NCBI GenBank assembly: GCA_030654175.1
Contig: JAURXZ010000030.1
Coordinates: forward strand, 588,502 to 652,501
Reading direction: 5' to 3'
DNA length: 64,000 bases
Source: Bacteroidia bacterium
GTDB lineage: Bacteria; Bacteroidota; Bacteroidia; 2-12-FULL-35-15
Both the position numbers and the translations under genes were made by a program. Every line of letters begins with the position of its first letter. Positions within the stretch are counted from its first letter, which is position 1. Positions 1 to 9,400 of the stretch are shown here, piece after piece. A model generated the notes under the pieces. It had not been told where the DNA came from and did no database searches. It worked only from the letters and a program-made list of their open reading frames with translations.

Positions 1-3000
1 GGATGACCCGTTAAATCAACTGCTAATGAAGGTGTTCTGATGTTTGATCTTTCATAAACGATCTCACCAAGAACATTCATTATTGTAAATACTTCGATGT
101 GCTCCAAACATCCTGAGCAATCTTCAATTTGAACGGTAAACTTCCCATCATTCGGATTTGGAAAAATCTGTAATTTGTAATCTGAAACCAGCGCTTCGTC
201 AATCCCCACTAAGGAAGCAACTACCACCACAACACTTGTTGTAACACCTGAACAATTAGCGTTATAGGAGGTAAGTGTTACGGTATAAGTCCCTTCAACT
301 GCATATACATGTGTTGGGTTTTGTTCTCCCGATGAGGAGCCATCACCAAAATCCCAAAGCCAGGCATTAGAATTGGCACTTGTATTTGTAAACATCACCA
401 TTCCTAAACCATTGAGAGCAACAGTATCGTCAGATTGGGTGAAGGAAGCGGTTAAGCCAAGCGCTCCGCAATTATTCTGTATGGTGATAATGTCTGTAAT
501 TGTATCAGAACAGGTAGTGTTGTTCACGATCATGAATACCGCATATTGACCAGCAATGGTATAGATATGTGTTGGGTTTTGTGACGTAACATTTGTAGAG
601 CCGTCACCAAAGTTCCAGTTCCATGCTATAGGAGCAGGAGTAGAATTGTCGGTATAAGAAACTGCTGTACCTACTGTTCCGGTTGCCGGCACATTGAAAG
701 CAGCTACCAGCGCAGGCACAACGGTTACTGTTACATTATCCTGGGCGGGACATCCGGCAGGGCTGGTTACAGTTACTGCGTACACTCCGGATATAGTGGT
801 TTGTAATGTTTGGGTGTTTCCACCGATAGGGTTACCATCCAATGTCCAGCTATAGGTACAACCGGGATTGCCGCCATCCAGTAAAGGAAGTATTTCATTT
901 GAACAAACGGTATAATTAACACCCAGTTCAATGATAGGATCTTTAATGATGAGTAAAAGTGTATCTTTCCCTACACATCCGGTAGGACTTGTTACTGTAA
1001 CCCGGTATGATCCGGCAGCAATGGTTTGTAAGGTTTGGGAGTTCATCCCGGCCGGGTTGGAATTCATTGTCCAGAGATAGGTTTGCATTCCACTCATTCC
1101 AGCGTCTAATACAGGCAAGGTGCTATCAGTACAGATCAAAATATCCGGCCCAAGGCTGATCGGCAGTTGTGTATAGATGGTTAAATTCATCATGTCGCTG
1201 CTGGAGCAACTGCCATAGCTTACGTTTACCGAATATGCTCCGGCCTGTGTGGTTTGCAATGTTTGAGTGTTTCCACCTGTTGGAGTTCCGTTGAACATCC
1301 AGGTATAGGTTGCTCCGGGATTACCTGCATCCAGTAATGGTTTCTGATCTGTGAAGCACATGGTGGTATCGCTTGTAATACTAACTGTTGGAGCAGAGAT
1401 CACTTCAATTTCCCTTGTAGTAACGGAAACACCACAGCAACTTGTAGATGTTAATGTAATTACATAGGTACCTGGGGTACTGTATGTTACGTTACCCGGG
1501 CTTTGTGCGGATGATGAAGTAAGTGAACTGCCCGGTATGCTCCAGCTGTAAGTGCTTGCTGTTCCAGTGGTGGATACATTTACGGCATCGCCAATACAAA
1601 CAACATCTTTGGAAGTAGCCACTTCGGGAGGGGCAAAATTTGTTGGAAGATTTATAAAATTTGCAAGCGGATACGGTACACCATCTATTATCAAGGTGAT
1701 ACTTCTAAAACCGGGCATACCACTATCGTATTGAACGGTAACGTTAGCTCCTGAAGCTGTAGCAGGATTTGCTCCAACCCCAAACACCCAATCAATATTG
1801 CCGGTTGCTACTGTTGTAAAGGTAACATCGGCATTTGAGCAGCCCGAAAATGTAGCTGTTACAGCAGGTTCAAAAGGGTTGTACATATTTGAAAACATCA
1901 CCTGATCCTGCCCCGGCTGCTGATACAATGCAATACTCGCACCATCAGAACCGTCTCCACCATTACCGCCTGGTCCGCCTTGTCCACCTTGTCCACCTTG
2001 TCCGCCTTCACCTACATTACAACTATGGTCAAGCGTCAGGTTATTCATTAAATTACCGCCAAGGCCTCCGGCTCCACCAAGTCCTCCGGTTCCACCGGTA
2101 CCACCGGCACCACCGTTACCACCTGATCCGGGATCTAAGGAACAATCCCTTACCACTCCGTTTATTCCATTTGCCCAAACAAAAATTCCAAAAGAAGCAC
2201 CTGCACCTGTGCCACCGAAGCCTGTAAAACCACCCTGACCGCCTTCACCGCCACCACCGCCACCACCACCTGTGCCGAAAACATAGGTTAAGGTATCTCC
2301 CGTTGTGGGGTGCACTGCTGCAGGCTGACAGCCTTTTGCGCCACCACCACCACCACCACCGCCACCAGCGTTTTTACCCTGTGTTCCGATAGAGCCCGTG
2401 CCTGGAATGTAATATCCTCCTGTATAAGTTGTTACTCCTTGTGTGCCATTTAAACCGGGTAATCCGTCTATCCCAACAGTTCCGACAAAGCCGTTATTAG
2501 AGGTTGGGCTAGCCATACAAGTTACAAGGTATTGTATCTCACAAACGCCTGCACCACCAATTCCACCAGGAACTCCGCCATAACCAAGTCCAAATCCACC
2601 TGCCAGTCCGGGATTCGTATAATCGCCTTCGGCATTGTATAACGTAACACCCAATATCTGGGATGTATCCACAAGAAATCCGCCTCTTTCGCCACCTGTT
2701 CCACCCGGACCTCCCGCATAACTGCCTGGAAACGAACCACCAGCCCCTGCACCACCAAGCCTGCAACAAATCCCGCCACCGATATCATGGTCTCCTTCTG
2801 CTCCTGTTTCGCCAACAAGGCCAATTGTTCCTGTTAAGCCCGGGGTTCCGGGAGCACCGGGTAATCCATCAGAGCCATTTCCGGCATTTACTTTACATCT
2901 TGAAATAACATAATTGGTACAGGAATTAATATAAATTCCATAAACGGAAACTCCATCCCCCACCGCATTAGCAATATTAATGGTAAGATCCAACAAACGG

Positions 3001-3383
3001 AAACCGGATACATTGGTGCAGGATAATCCAACCAAGCGGTTTGGAGCGGTAAGAATATTTGAATTGTCACGTTCAATTATGGTAGCAGTTGTATTGCTTT
3101 TCACCCATGTGGAAACGTTAAAACCGCCTTCGATGGTTACATTACTCGGTATGCTGAGGGCGGCATTAAGGGTATAAAGCCCTGACGACATCCTGATAAT
3201 TTTATTTGTAGTGCTGACTAGCGAAAGGCCGTATGCAAAATTTGCCGGAGTTGCTTTAGTGCCTGTAACCCCGCTAGATGCGCCAGTTGGACTTACATAG
3301 ATGTAACCACACTCCTGTGCAGAAACACCTAAAAAGGCGGTAGAGAAAACGAAAACAATAAAATATTTGTAGAAAATATTCAT
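1..3383 (-). CDS. Large secreted surface protein (partial; the C-terminal few residues lie beyond the window start). N-terminal signal peptide, beta-helix-like region, collagen-like Gly-X-Y and glycine-rich tracts, Ig-like and PKD repeats, T9SS type A C-terminal sorting domain.
   Basis: Minus-strand ORF starts at the ATG at 3383-3381 (MNIFYKYFIVFVFS... signal peptide) and stays open to position 1. It contains GLPGAPGTPGLTGTIGLVGETGAEGD and GIDGLPGLNG collagen-like runs and long poly-Gly tracts. PKD-like repeats are present (WNWNFGDGS..., WLWDFGDGSS...). The C-terminus reads KLQIFPNPNDGKFTVQIE...VLGEIVYE, typical of a Por_Secre_tail type A domain. Confidence 0.8.
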   Translation of the reverse strand, partial: MNIFYKYFIVFVFSTAFLGVSAQECGYIYVSPTGASSGVTGTKATPANFAYGLSLVSTTNKIIRMSSGLYTLNAALSIPSNVTIEGGFNVSTWVKSNTTATIIERDNSNILTAPNRLVGLSCTNVSGFRLLDLTINIANAVGDGVSVYGIYINSCTNYVISRCKVNAGNGSDGLPGAPGTPGLTGTIGLVGETGAEGDHDIGGGICCRLGGAGAGGSFPGSYAGGPGGTGGERGGFLVDTSQILGVTLYNAEGDYTNPGLAGGFGLGYGGVPGGIGGAGVCEIQYLVTCMASPTSNNGFVGTVGIDGLPGLNGTQGVTTYTGGYYIPGTGSIGTQGKNAGGGGGGGGGAKGCQPAAVHPTTGDTLTYVFGTGGGGGGGGEGGQGGFTGFGGTGAGASFGIFVWANGINGVVRDCSLDPGSGGNGGAGGTGGTGGLGGAGGLGGNLMNNLTLDHSCNVGEGGQGGQGGQGGPGGNGGDGSDGASIALYQQPGQDQVMFSNMYNPFEPAVTATFSGCSNADVTFTTVATGNIDWVFGVGANPATASGANVTVQYDSGMPGFRSITLIIDGVPYPLANFINLPTNFAPPEVATSKDVVCIGDAVNVSTTGTASTYSWSIPGSSLTSSSAQSPGNVTYSTPGTYVITLTSTSCCGVSVTTREIEVISAPTVSITSDTTMCFTDQKPLLDAGNPGATYTWMFNGTPTGGNTQTLQTTQAGAYSVNVSYGSCSSSDMMNLTIYTQLPISLGPDILICTDSTLPVLDAGMSGMQTYLWTMNSNPAGMNSQTLQTIAAGSYRVTVTSPTGCVGKDTLLLIIKDPIIELGVNYTVCSNEILPLLDGGNPGCTYSWTLDGNPIGGNTQTLQTTISGVYAVTVTSPAGCPAQDNVTVTVVPALVAAFNVPATGTVGTAVSYTDNSTPAPIAWNWNFGDGSTNVTSQNPTHIYTIAGQYAVFMIVNNTTCSDTITDIITIQNNCGALGLTASFTQSDDTVALNGLGMVMFTNTSANSNAWLWDFGDGSSSGEQNPTHVYAVEGTYTVTLTSYNANCSGVTTSVVVVVASLVGIDEALVSDYKLQIFPNPNDGKFTVQIEDCSGCLEHIEVFTIMNVLGEIVYERSNIRTPSLAVDLTGH

Positions 3384-4721
3384 TATTTAATTTTTTGTAC
3401 TGTTGTTAATACAATCCTAAGGAAAGGTAATGTTAGTAAAACAATTAAAAATAAGCAAATAAATTGAAGGAAAAATTTCGGTTTTTTAAGGTGGGAATAA
3501 GGAAGAGGCTGAAGTGAATGAAAAAAAACAGCTGAAAACGGTGAGGATTTGGATAAAAAAAGGGGTTACTGATAAAATAATGCAGTATAGTGGCAAGATG
3601 CCAGCTAATAAATGGCACGAGTTAAAAAAACTCGCGCCTAGGTGCTATGATAATACTCATGGCTGCTGGGGAATTTATCCTTCAAATTGTAAAGTTTTTA
3701 ACATAAAAAATAAACGAGCAATGTTCGTTTTATTTTTACACTCAGAATATTGTTACAAAACTTAATAAATATATTATCTGGGAATACTATTGTTTAAACA
3801 CTACTAAGCATCGGTTTTAAATAAAAGGGTAAAAAAAATGCTGAATTACTATATTAAAGAAAAAGCCTATTATGAAAAAAAATATTATAATCAATAATTA
3901 TAACAATTGCAGTTTTGGAAATAAAAATGATCCGGAAAATAAAAAAAAGGGATTTTGGATTATTTTATTACCAATCCTTATTGCAAACAGCGAGAAAATT
4001 TTCAATTTAATAAAACAATTTTTAATTTTATTGAGAAATGATCCAATTCATAAGTTATTAGATATATTTAATTGTAACTAATTGGGACTATTTTAAATTT
4101 GATCACCTTTAATAAATTTATATTTTTTATCTTAACAACGCTGCAACACGCTGATAATGTGGACACTGTATGGTTAATAATTATTTAGCAATTTTTTTTA
4201 GTTTGTTGTTTTTTAGCAGTTTGGCTGTTTAACTTTGTATAACAAAATTGTTTAAAAGAAAACCACCAAGTAATTAGCTTGATGGTTTCTGGAAAAAAGA
4301 CAAAGTTGGTAACTAGTATACCCTAAGGTTGGAATTTAGCAATCTTGATTTTGGAGACCAAAGAAAGAAACTTTATCAGTACAAAGAGTCAGATTCCCGT
4401 CTGACTTTTTCTTTTACAAAGATAAAGCATATCGATTTCTTTAAAACAGAAAACAATTAACATTTGGTCGATGTTATAAACACGCCTTGTATCTAGCATT
4501 ATTATTGATGTTCAGAGCGATCACTTTACCCAAACGGACATTACCTAGTCGTATCAAGTGTTTCGATACAACTTCCACACCACTCCTTTTATCAATAGGT
4601 GTTTCAGCTCTATTTCTTTCTTATTACTGGTGAGTTTTACAATTATTTAGTTACCTTCTTCCCGTTGAGCGAAGCGTTCCGCTATGCTATTTTCCACAAG
4701 GCCTTCGGTCTGTTCCATTGC

Positions 4722-5276
4722 TTATAGTTTTTGGGGCAGTTTGATTTTAAAACCTATTTGCTTTCTCGGTTTTTGATTGTCTTTTTTTTCTAATAATTCA
4801 TCCAAATATTGAAATACTAATTCAATGTTCTTGGTATTATTATCAGTTTTTGTTACGAGCTTTTCAATAGCTAAACGTAACTCGGTATTATCCAATAGCA
4901 TTTGACGGATGCGAGTGAAGATTCGAATGATTTGGATATTTACAGATATGGCTTGCGGGCTATTTAAGACACTTGACAACATCGCCACTCCTTGCTCTGT
5001 AAAACAAAATGGGGCATAACGTAAACCCATCTTATCAGAATTGGAGGTGCCAAATTGGCTCCTCCAATTTTCAAATTCATCTTTATTCATTTCAAACATA
5101 AAATCTTCTGGAAATCGTTCTATGTTTCTAATAACTTGTCTTTTTAATTGTTTGGTTTCAACGCCATAAAGATTTGCCAAGTCTCTGTCTATCATCACTT
5201 TTTGCCCTCTAAGATAATAAATCTGATTCATTATTAGTTCATCAGGAATTGAAAGTGCTGTGTGTTTTTTAGCCAT
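4722..5276 (-). CDS. ORF6N (KilA-N-like) domain protein
   Basis: ATG start. The MIDRDLANLYGVETKQLKRQVIRNIERFPEDFMF...GLRYAPFCFTEQGVAMLSSVLNSPQAISVNIQIIRIF block matches the ORF6N DNA-binding domain common in Bacteroidota and their phages. Confidence 0.8.
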   Translation of the reverse strand: MAKKHTALSIPDELIMNQIYYLRGQKVMIDRDLANLYGVETKQLKRQVIRNIERFPEDFMFEMNKDEFENWRSQFGTSNSDKMGLRYAPFCFTEQGVAMLSSVLNSPQAISVNIQIIRIFTRIRQMLLDNTELRLAIEKLVTKTDNNTKNIELVFQYLDELLEKKDNQKPRKQIGFKIKLPQKL

Positions 5277-5293
5277 TGTTTTTGATTGTTATT

Positions 5294-5318
5294 TTGAGGT
5301 CGCAATTTGCGACCTCAA
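5294..5318. promoter_or_regulatory. Perfect 12+12 palindrome TTGAGGTCGCAA-t-TTGCGACCTCAA, about 18 bp upstream of the ORF6N start; candidate operator
   Basis: The inverted repeat was read directly from the sequence. It sits in the leader of the minus-strand ORF6N gene. Confidence 0.5.
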
Positions 5319-5516
5319 ACATTAATTAATTCTTTAAGGTGGCGATTTGGCAACTTAAACTTTTCGTTACCAAATCTAATATATTTCCTTTTCTTGATAG
5401 TCCAATTTGGAATATCAAATTTATTTTTAATATTCATTTGTTCCAATAACATCCTTCAAACTATTGATTTTATTGAAACTAGCCTAAAACGGCCCAAGTT
5501 ATATCCCCGATAAAAT

Positions 5517-5553
5517 AAAAAACCCCGCTATCTAAATGATAGCGGGGTTTTTA
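5517..5553. terminator. Intrinsic terminator hairpin (CCCCGCTATC-taaat-GATAGCGGGG) flanked by an A-run and a T-run, so it could act on either strand
   Basis: 10-bp GC-rich stem with a 5-nt loop, followed by TTTTT on the plus strand and preceded by AAAAAAA. Confidence 0.7.
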
Positions 5554-5560
5554 CTGTTTG

Positions 5561-5590
5561 TAGTGGTCGCGAAGGGATACCGAACCCCTC
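5561..5590. repeat. attL-like direct repeat: a partial copy of the tRNA-Arg 3' end, with an 18-nt identical core TAGTGGTCGCGAAGGGAT
   Basis: 5561-5578 is identical to 14295-14312 (tRNA 3' acceptor and T-stem plus 3 nt). Similarity continues more weakly for about 12 nt (ACCGAACCCC versus TCAAACCCC). Confidence 0.75.
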
Positions 5591-5719
5591 CACCAAACCC
5601 CATATATAAAGGGTGTTTAATAAATACATCAGCGAAATTGTGAACTAATTGTGAACTGGGTACTATTATTTATACGCTAAAGATATAAAAATAATAGTTC
5701 AGTAGAGTTAGTTTTTATT

Positions 5720-5818
5720 CATCAACAACAAAAGTTGTTGAAGGCTAAGAATTCGTTTTGATTCTTCAACAACATAACCAGTTGAAGTAAAAACAAAAGT
5801 CGTTGAAGCTTCAACAAT
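5720..5818. repeat. Cluster of three palindromic sites built from TTCAACAA/TTGTTGAA half-sites: TCAACAA-n6-TTGTTGA, CTTCAAC-n10-GTTGAAG and GTTGAAGCTTCAAC
   Basis: Read from the sequence at 5722-5742, 5765-5787 and 5802-5817. The cluster lies 140-250 bp inside the attL end. Confidence 0.5.
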
Positions 5819-6027
5819 TATTGTTTATTCGACTCAAACACACTATAAAACAAAGGAGTTCCAACCAACAACGCAAATTTAACATAGGCTTTTTTAAGGT
5901 AATTTAGTGGGGTGTTCCGGTAAAATTTGGGAGTGTTAACCTCCATTTCAAAACAAATTTGTATTGAATTTTCATCCATACAACGAAAAGTGTTGTTGCT
6001 GATCGAACGATCAAAAAGAAAGGTATG

Positions 6028-6345
6028 TTATGATCCGTGATTTTCAACAGCAATAGCAAGTCTTCCAAGGCTCGAATCAATTTTGTCTAACAAAAGGCCA
6101 ATTCCAGACATTTGCTCATCATGAATGTCGCCATTAGAAACATAGAGATTGTTTTTACGTTCCAACTGTTTTATTTCGGAAATTTTAATTACCTGGTCGA
6201 TAGACAATTTAGTCTTAGAGGCAATTTTCTTTAAAATTTCAATTTCGCTGATGATCGCTTTGTCTTCGATGTGAAGCGATTTTCTTGCATCTTGGTCAAA
6301 TAATGTTCCCATGTTTTTATTTTGTTTTGTTAAATTATAGCACAA
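6028..6345 (-). CDS. Hypothetical protein carried by the element; the internal ATG (MGTLFDQ...) at 6312 may be the true start
   Basis: ORF from the six-frame track with no recognisable motif; coding-like amino-acid composition. Confidence 0.4.
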   Translation of the reverse strand: MCYNLTKQNKNMGTLFDQDARKSLHIEDKAIISEIEILKKIASKTKLSIDQVIKISEIKQLERKNNLYVSNGDIHDEQMSGIGLLLDKIDSSLGRLAIAVENHGS

Positions 6346-6550
6346 AAATATAAATCTTATCCCAGCACTTTTTAAGTACTATTTTAATTCTCCACAAACA
6401 CATTTAACAAAATCAGTATCAACACATTAATTTTATTTTATTTTTTAAAGTTCAAAAGCACGAATATTTTCCCTTTTTTCTATTATTATCTGCTTTGTTT
6501 AAAATCGAAAAATGGGTAAAAAATTGGTTTGTGGAAACATGTGTTTTTTT

Positions 6551-6751
6551 TCACTACTTTACTACTATCGCTGTATCCTTTGCAAGACTAATGAAATATG
6601 GTAGCAATCAATTACTACCAGTTACTACTTTACTACTTTTATTTTACTACTTATTACGCCTTTTTACTACTAAATAGCCCTTTTTACTACCAGTCACTAC
6701 CTTTATTTTGTTGATATTGAACTGATTGATTAGAATAGTAGTAAAGTAGTA
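6551..6751. repeat. Iteron-like array: about 11 direct copies of (T)TACTAC at 9-20 bp spacing plus 2-3 inverted copies (GTAGTAA), immediately 3' of the primase-helicase gene; candidate replication origin
   Basis: Heptamer copies start at about 6551, 6557, 6610, 6621, 6630, 6644, 6664, 6683 and 6692. Inverted copies lie at 6735-6751. The 60-aa ORF 6495..6677 is an artefact of this repeat. Confidence 0.6.
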
Positions 6752-6754
6752 ATA

Positions 6755-9358
6755 TTATATTATAATTTCAAATGTATCTGTTTTTACTTCAAAAACAAAA
6801 GCCCAACAATTTACAGAATTGAATTTTTTTTGGATAAAAACCTCTCCTATTTTTTTATACGGATAATTAGTAGAAACAGCAAATTGAAGCTTTTGTTTTA
6901 ATTCCCCCCTTTCAATATTTTTCTTTACTGCCGTATCTTTTCGATAACGGTTAAAAGCCTCCTGACAATGGGAAAAATTTATATATAGAAAATCGTAATT
7001 ATCCTGAGGCTCTCGTATGAAGTGAAAACAATCATTAATAGTGTTTTTCTCATATAGTGTTTGGATGGTCTCAAAAAACACATTTACAACATCAATACTG
7101 GCGTTTATCTTACTTTGATTTTGTGTTGTTTCTATTAATCTTTCAAGAAGTAAAGTGTAAAATTTTTCGTCAAGTAATAAACTAAGTGACATTTTAAATG
7201 AGCAAAGTATAATTGAAATGTGGCTCGCTTCCCTTTCAGTCAAAACAACTCTTTTTTTTGATGCAATATTTTTTATTTCCTTCAATACCTCTCTATAAAT
7301 GTTACTAAATTCATCTTTATATTTTATTCTTTGTGTATAAATATCATTAAAAATTACGCTATTACCTTTTTGCAATTCATCTTGTAATTCTTGGATTTTC
7401 TCTTTGGTTATGCTTGTAAATTTAGGATTCCAAGCCATAAAAATTAATCTTGAGAATAAAGCATCATCACCAGTAGGAAAATAATTACCATCCACAAGCA
7501 TACCGGATTTCACCTGTGTAGTATTTGTTTTGTTGTTTTGTGATACCTGAGCCCTTGAATAGCCAACACCATCATAAGCACTTTTTAAAATATCCGTTAA
7601 TTTTTCTTCAAAGACACTTGAAAACTCTTTTATGTAAACGATATTATTGTTTATCTGTGCAAACTTTCTCTCTATTGCTTTTTGCGTGCTTCCACTTGTT
7701 AATTCAGCTTGAGGACTTCCAAAAAAATTCATAAAAAAGTTTACAAAAGTTGTTTTTCCAGTTCCTTTAGGACCATATAAAAACAAAAATGGAAAGGCCG
7801 AAGTTTCTTTGAAAATAATATCCCTATGGATTGTGGCAATTGTATAGCATAGCCCTATTAATCCATCCATATCGTATATTTTATATATTTTTTCCGCAAA
7901 TTCTTTGAGTGTTAAAGTACCTGGTGCAAACTTAAATTTACTCTCTTCTGAAATAAGGCTATTTTCGTCATCATCGGAAGTTAAAATTCGTCCACTAGGG
8001 ATATAATAATACTTGTTATCAATATCAACAACTCCATGTTCATTGCATAACAGGTACTCTCCATTACACTTTAATACACCATTGTAAAACACATAAAAAT
8101 CTTGTGTGTTATATTGTCCTAAAGTATTAATGTATTTAGCCTCTTTAGATGATTTATAAATGCTCTCAACTATGTTTTTTAATATATATGAAGCACCGTT
8201 AAAATTATAGCCTCCCAAAGAAAGTATTGCGGAACAATAACTTGATAAATTTAAAAGATCCTTACTAGTAATTTCTAATAGTTGTGTGCTTCCATCTTCA
8301 CCAAGCAACTCAAAAAGATGCGGAGCGTTGTTACTTCCATCCTTGAAAGTATAAAGCATTTTCATAATAAAATTTGATATACGGATCTCCCTTGTTACCT
8401 TACCAAATGTTTGTTGAACATAATATTGATTATCCCGCATGAAAAACCCATATTTATCAAGACTTTCAGATTCAATTTCTCTTTTATTAGGTTCATTTTT
8501 TGTTTTTAACTGTACTTCAGCTTTTTCGCTTGGTTTTATTTCCGGTTGCAGTCCTTTAATAATCTCATCTGCTAAATCATCCTTATTATTGCGGTCTGGG
8601 AACATATCAACAACGGTATAATTCTGTTCAAACTCATGTAGTTTTTTTAAAGTTGAACTATTCCTCCCTGCATCATCTGCATCATTCAGATAATAAATTT
8701 CACGTCCAAACAAAACGCCTATTTTTTCATTGGTTAATTTATTTGATCCTCCGGTTGCAATCCAATCAAATTGAGGATAAAAGAAACTAGATATAATGGC
8801 TGTTTTTTCGCTCTCTACTAAACAAACTATCTTATTTGTAAGCAAGTGTTCGCCAAACAAACAAAGGCTGTATTTAGTGCCTTTTTTAGCAGTCAATGCA
8901 TAAGGTTTATTTACATGGCTTCGTTTACAATTTTCATCGTATTCAATATGTTGAATATTTACATTTTGTTTATTCAAATTTTGATATACAAATGCTGTTT
9001 TGTCTTCAATCGTTCCGCAATTCCATTGCTTTAAATGCTCCGGTGTAAGCTTCAATGTTTCAATGCAAAACTTATGAAAATTTGATGTTTGATTTTCAAT
9101 TGTCTTATTATAGAAAGGTTCGGAAAGGTAAACAATCTTAATTTTTTCTATTGTATCAACAAATTCTTTGATTTGCGGAATGTCTTTGTCTGTTGGTTGT
9201 ATATGTACCCCACATTCGTTTTTGCGGTCGCAAATACCGAAATCCCTATCACTAAAATTCTGATAATACCTAAAAACTTTTGGCTTTTTACATTTAGGAC
9301 ACGTCCCTTTTGGTTTTGGGTGTTTTTCAAACTGAGGTTTACTTTTAATTTGCGCCAT
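6755..9358 (-). CDS. Primase-helicase: N-terminal zinc ribbon, DnaG-like Toprim domain, P-loop NTPase (SF3/D5-like)
   Basis: Zinc-ribbon motif CPKCKKPK...CDRKNECGVH. Toprim motifs VCLVESEKTAIIS and YYLNDADDAGRNS. Walker A motif LYGPKGTGKTT. ATG start at 9358. Confidence 0.75.
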   Translation of the reverse strand: MAQIKSKPQFEKHPKPKGTCPKCKKPKVFRYYQNFSDRDFGICDRKNECGVHIQPTDKDIPQIKEFVDTIEKIKIVYLSEPFYNKTIENQTSNFHKFCIETLKLTPEHLKQWNCGTIEDKTAFVYQNLNKQNVNIQHIEYDENCKRSHVNKPYALTAKKGTKYSLCLFGEHLLTNKIVCLVESEKTAIISSFFYPQFDWIATGGSNKLTNEKIGVLFGREIYYLNDADDAGRNSSTLKKLHEFEQNYTVVDMFPDRNNKDDLADEIIKGLQPEIKPSEKAEVQLKTKNEPNKREIESESLDKYGFFMRDNQYYVQQTFGKVTREIRISNFIMKMLYTFKDGSNNAPHLFELLGEDGSTQLLEITSKDLLNLSSYCSAILSLGGYNFNGASYILKNIVESIYKSSKEAKYINTLGQYNTQDFYVFYNGVLKCNGEYLLCNEHGVVDIDNKYYYIPSGRILTSDDDENSLISEESKFKFAPGTLTLKEFAEKIYKIYDMDGLIGLCYTIATIHRDIIFKETSAFPFLFLYGPKGTGKTTFVNFFMNFFGSPQAELTSGSTQKAIERKFAQINNNIVYIKEFSSVFEEKLTDILKSAYDGVGYSRAQVSQNNKTNTTQVKSGMLVDGNYFPTGDDALFSRLIFMAWNPKFTSITKEKIQELQDELQKGNSVIFNDIYTQRIKYKDEFSNIYREVLKEIKNIASKKRVVLTEREASHISIILCSFKMSLSLLLDEKFYTLLLERLIETTQNQSKINASIDVVNVFFETIQTLYEKNTINDCFHFIREPQDNYDFLYINFSHCQEAFNRYRKDTAVKKNIERGELKQKLQFAVSTNYPYKKIGEVFIQKKFNSVNCWAFVFEVKTDTFEIII

Positions 9359-9400
9359 GGTTTTTTTTAAAAAATAAGCCCCAAATTAAGGGGCTGTTTG

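Noticed and set aside
1889-2227. His/Arg/Leu-rich 112-aa plus-strand ORF (and similar ORFs at 2522-2824, 2539-2769 and 2663-2908) inside the first giant gene
   Set aside because: These are antisense or off-frame readings of the GGN/CCN-rich collagen-like and poly-Gly coding sequence of the minus-strand gene. They have low-complexity composition and no independent signals.
3514-4081. ORFs of 83 aa and 69 aa in the AT-rich region
   Set aside because: Low-complexity Asn/Lys/Ile-rich sequences typical of random ORFs in AT-rich DNA, with no conserved motifs. I kept the region as non-coding in a finding instead.
5556-5590. Possible second tRNA gene at the attL end
   Set aside because: Only about 30 nt, corresponding to the acceptor 3' strand and part of the T-arm, are present. 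There is no D-arm or anticodon arm, so this is an att-site remnant and not a gene.
6495-6677. 60-aa ORF overlapping the TTACTAC iteron array
   Set aside because: Its translation is dominated by the heptamer repeat (LLLLFYYLL...), so it is most likely non-coding origin DNA.
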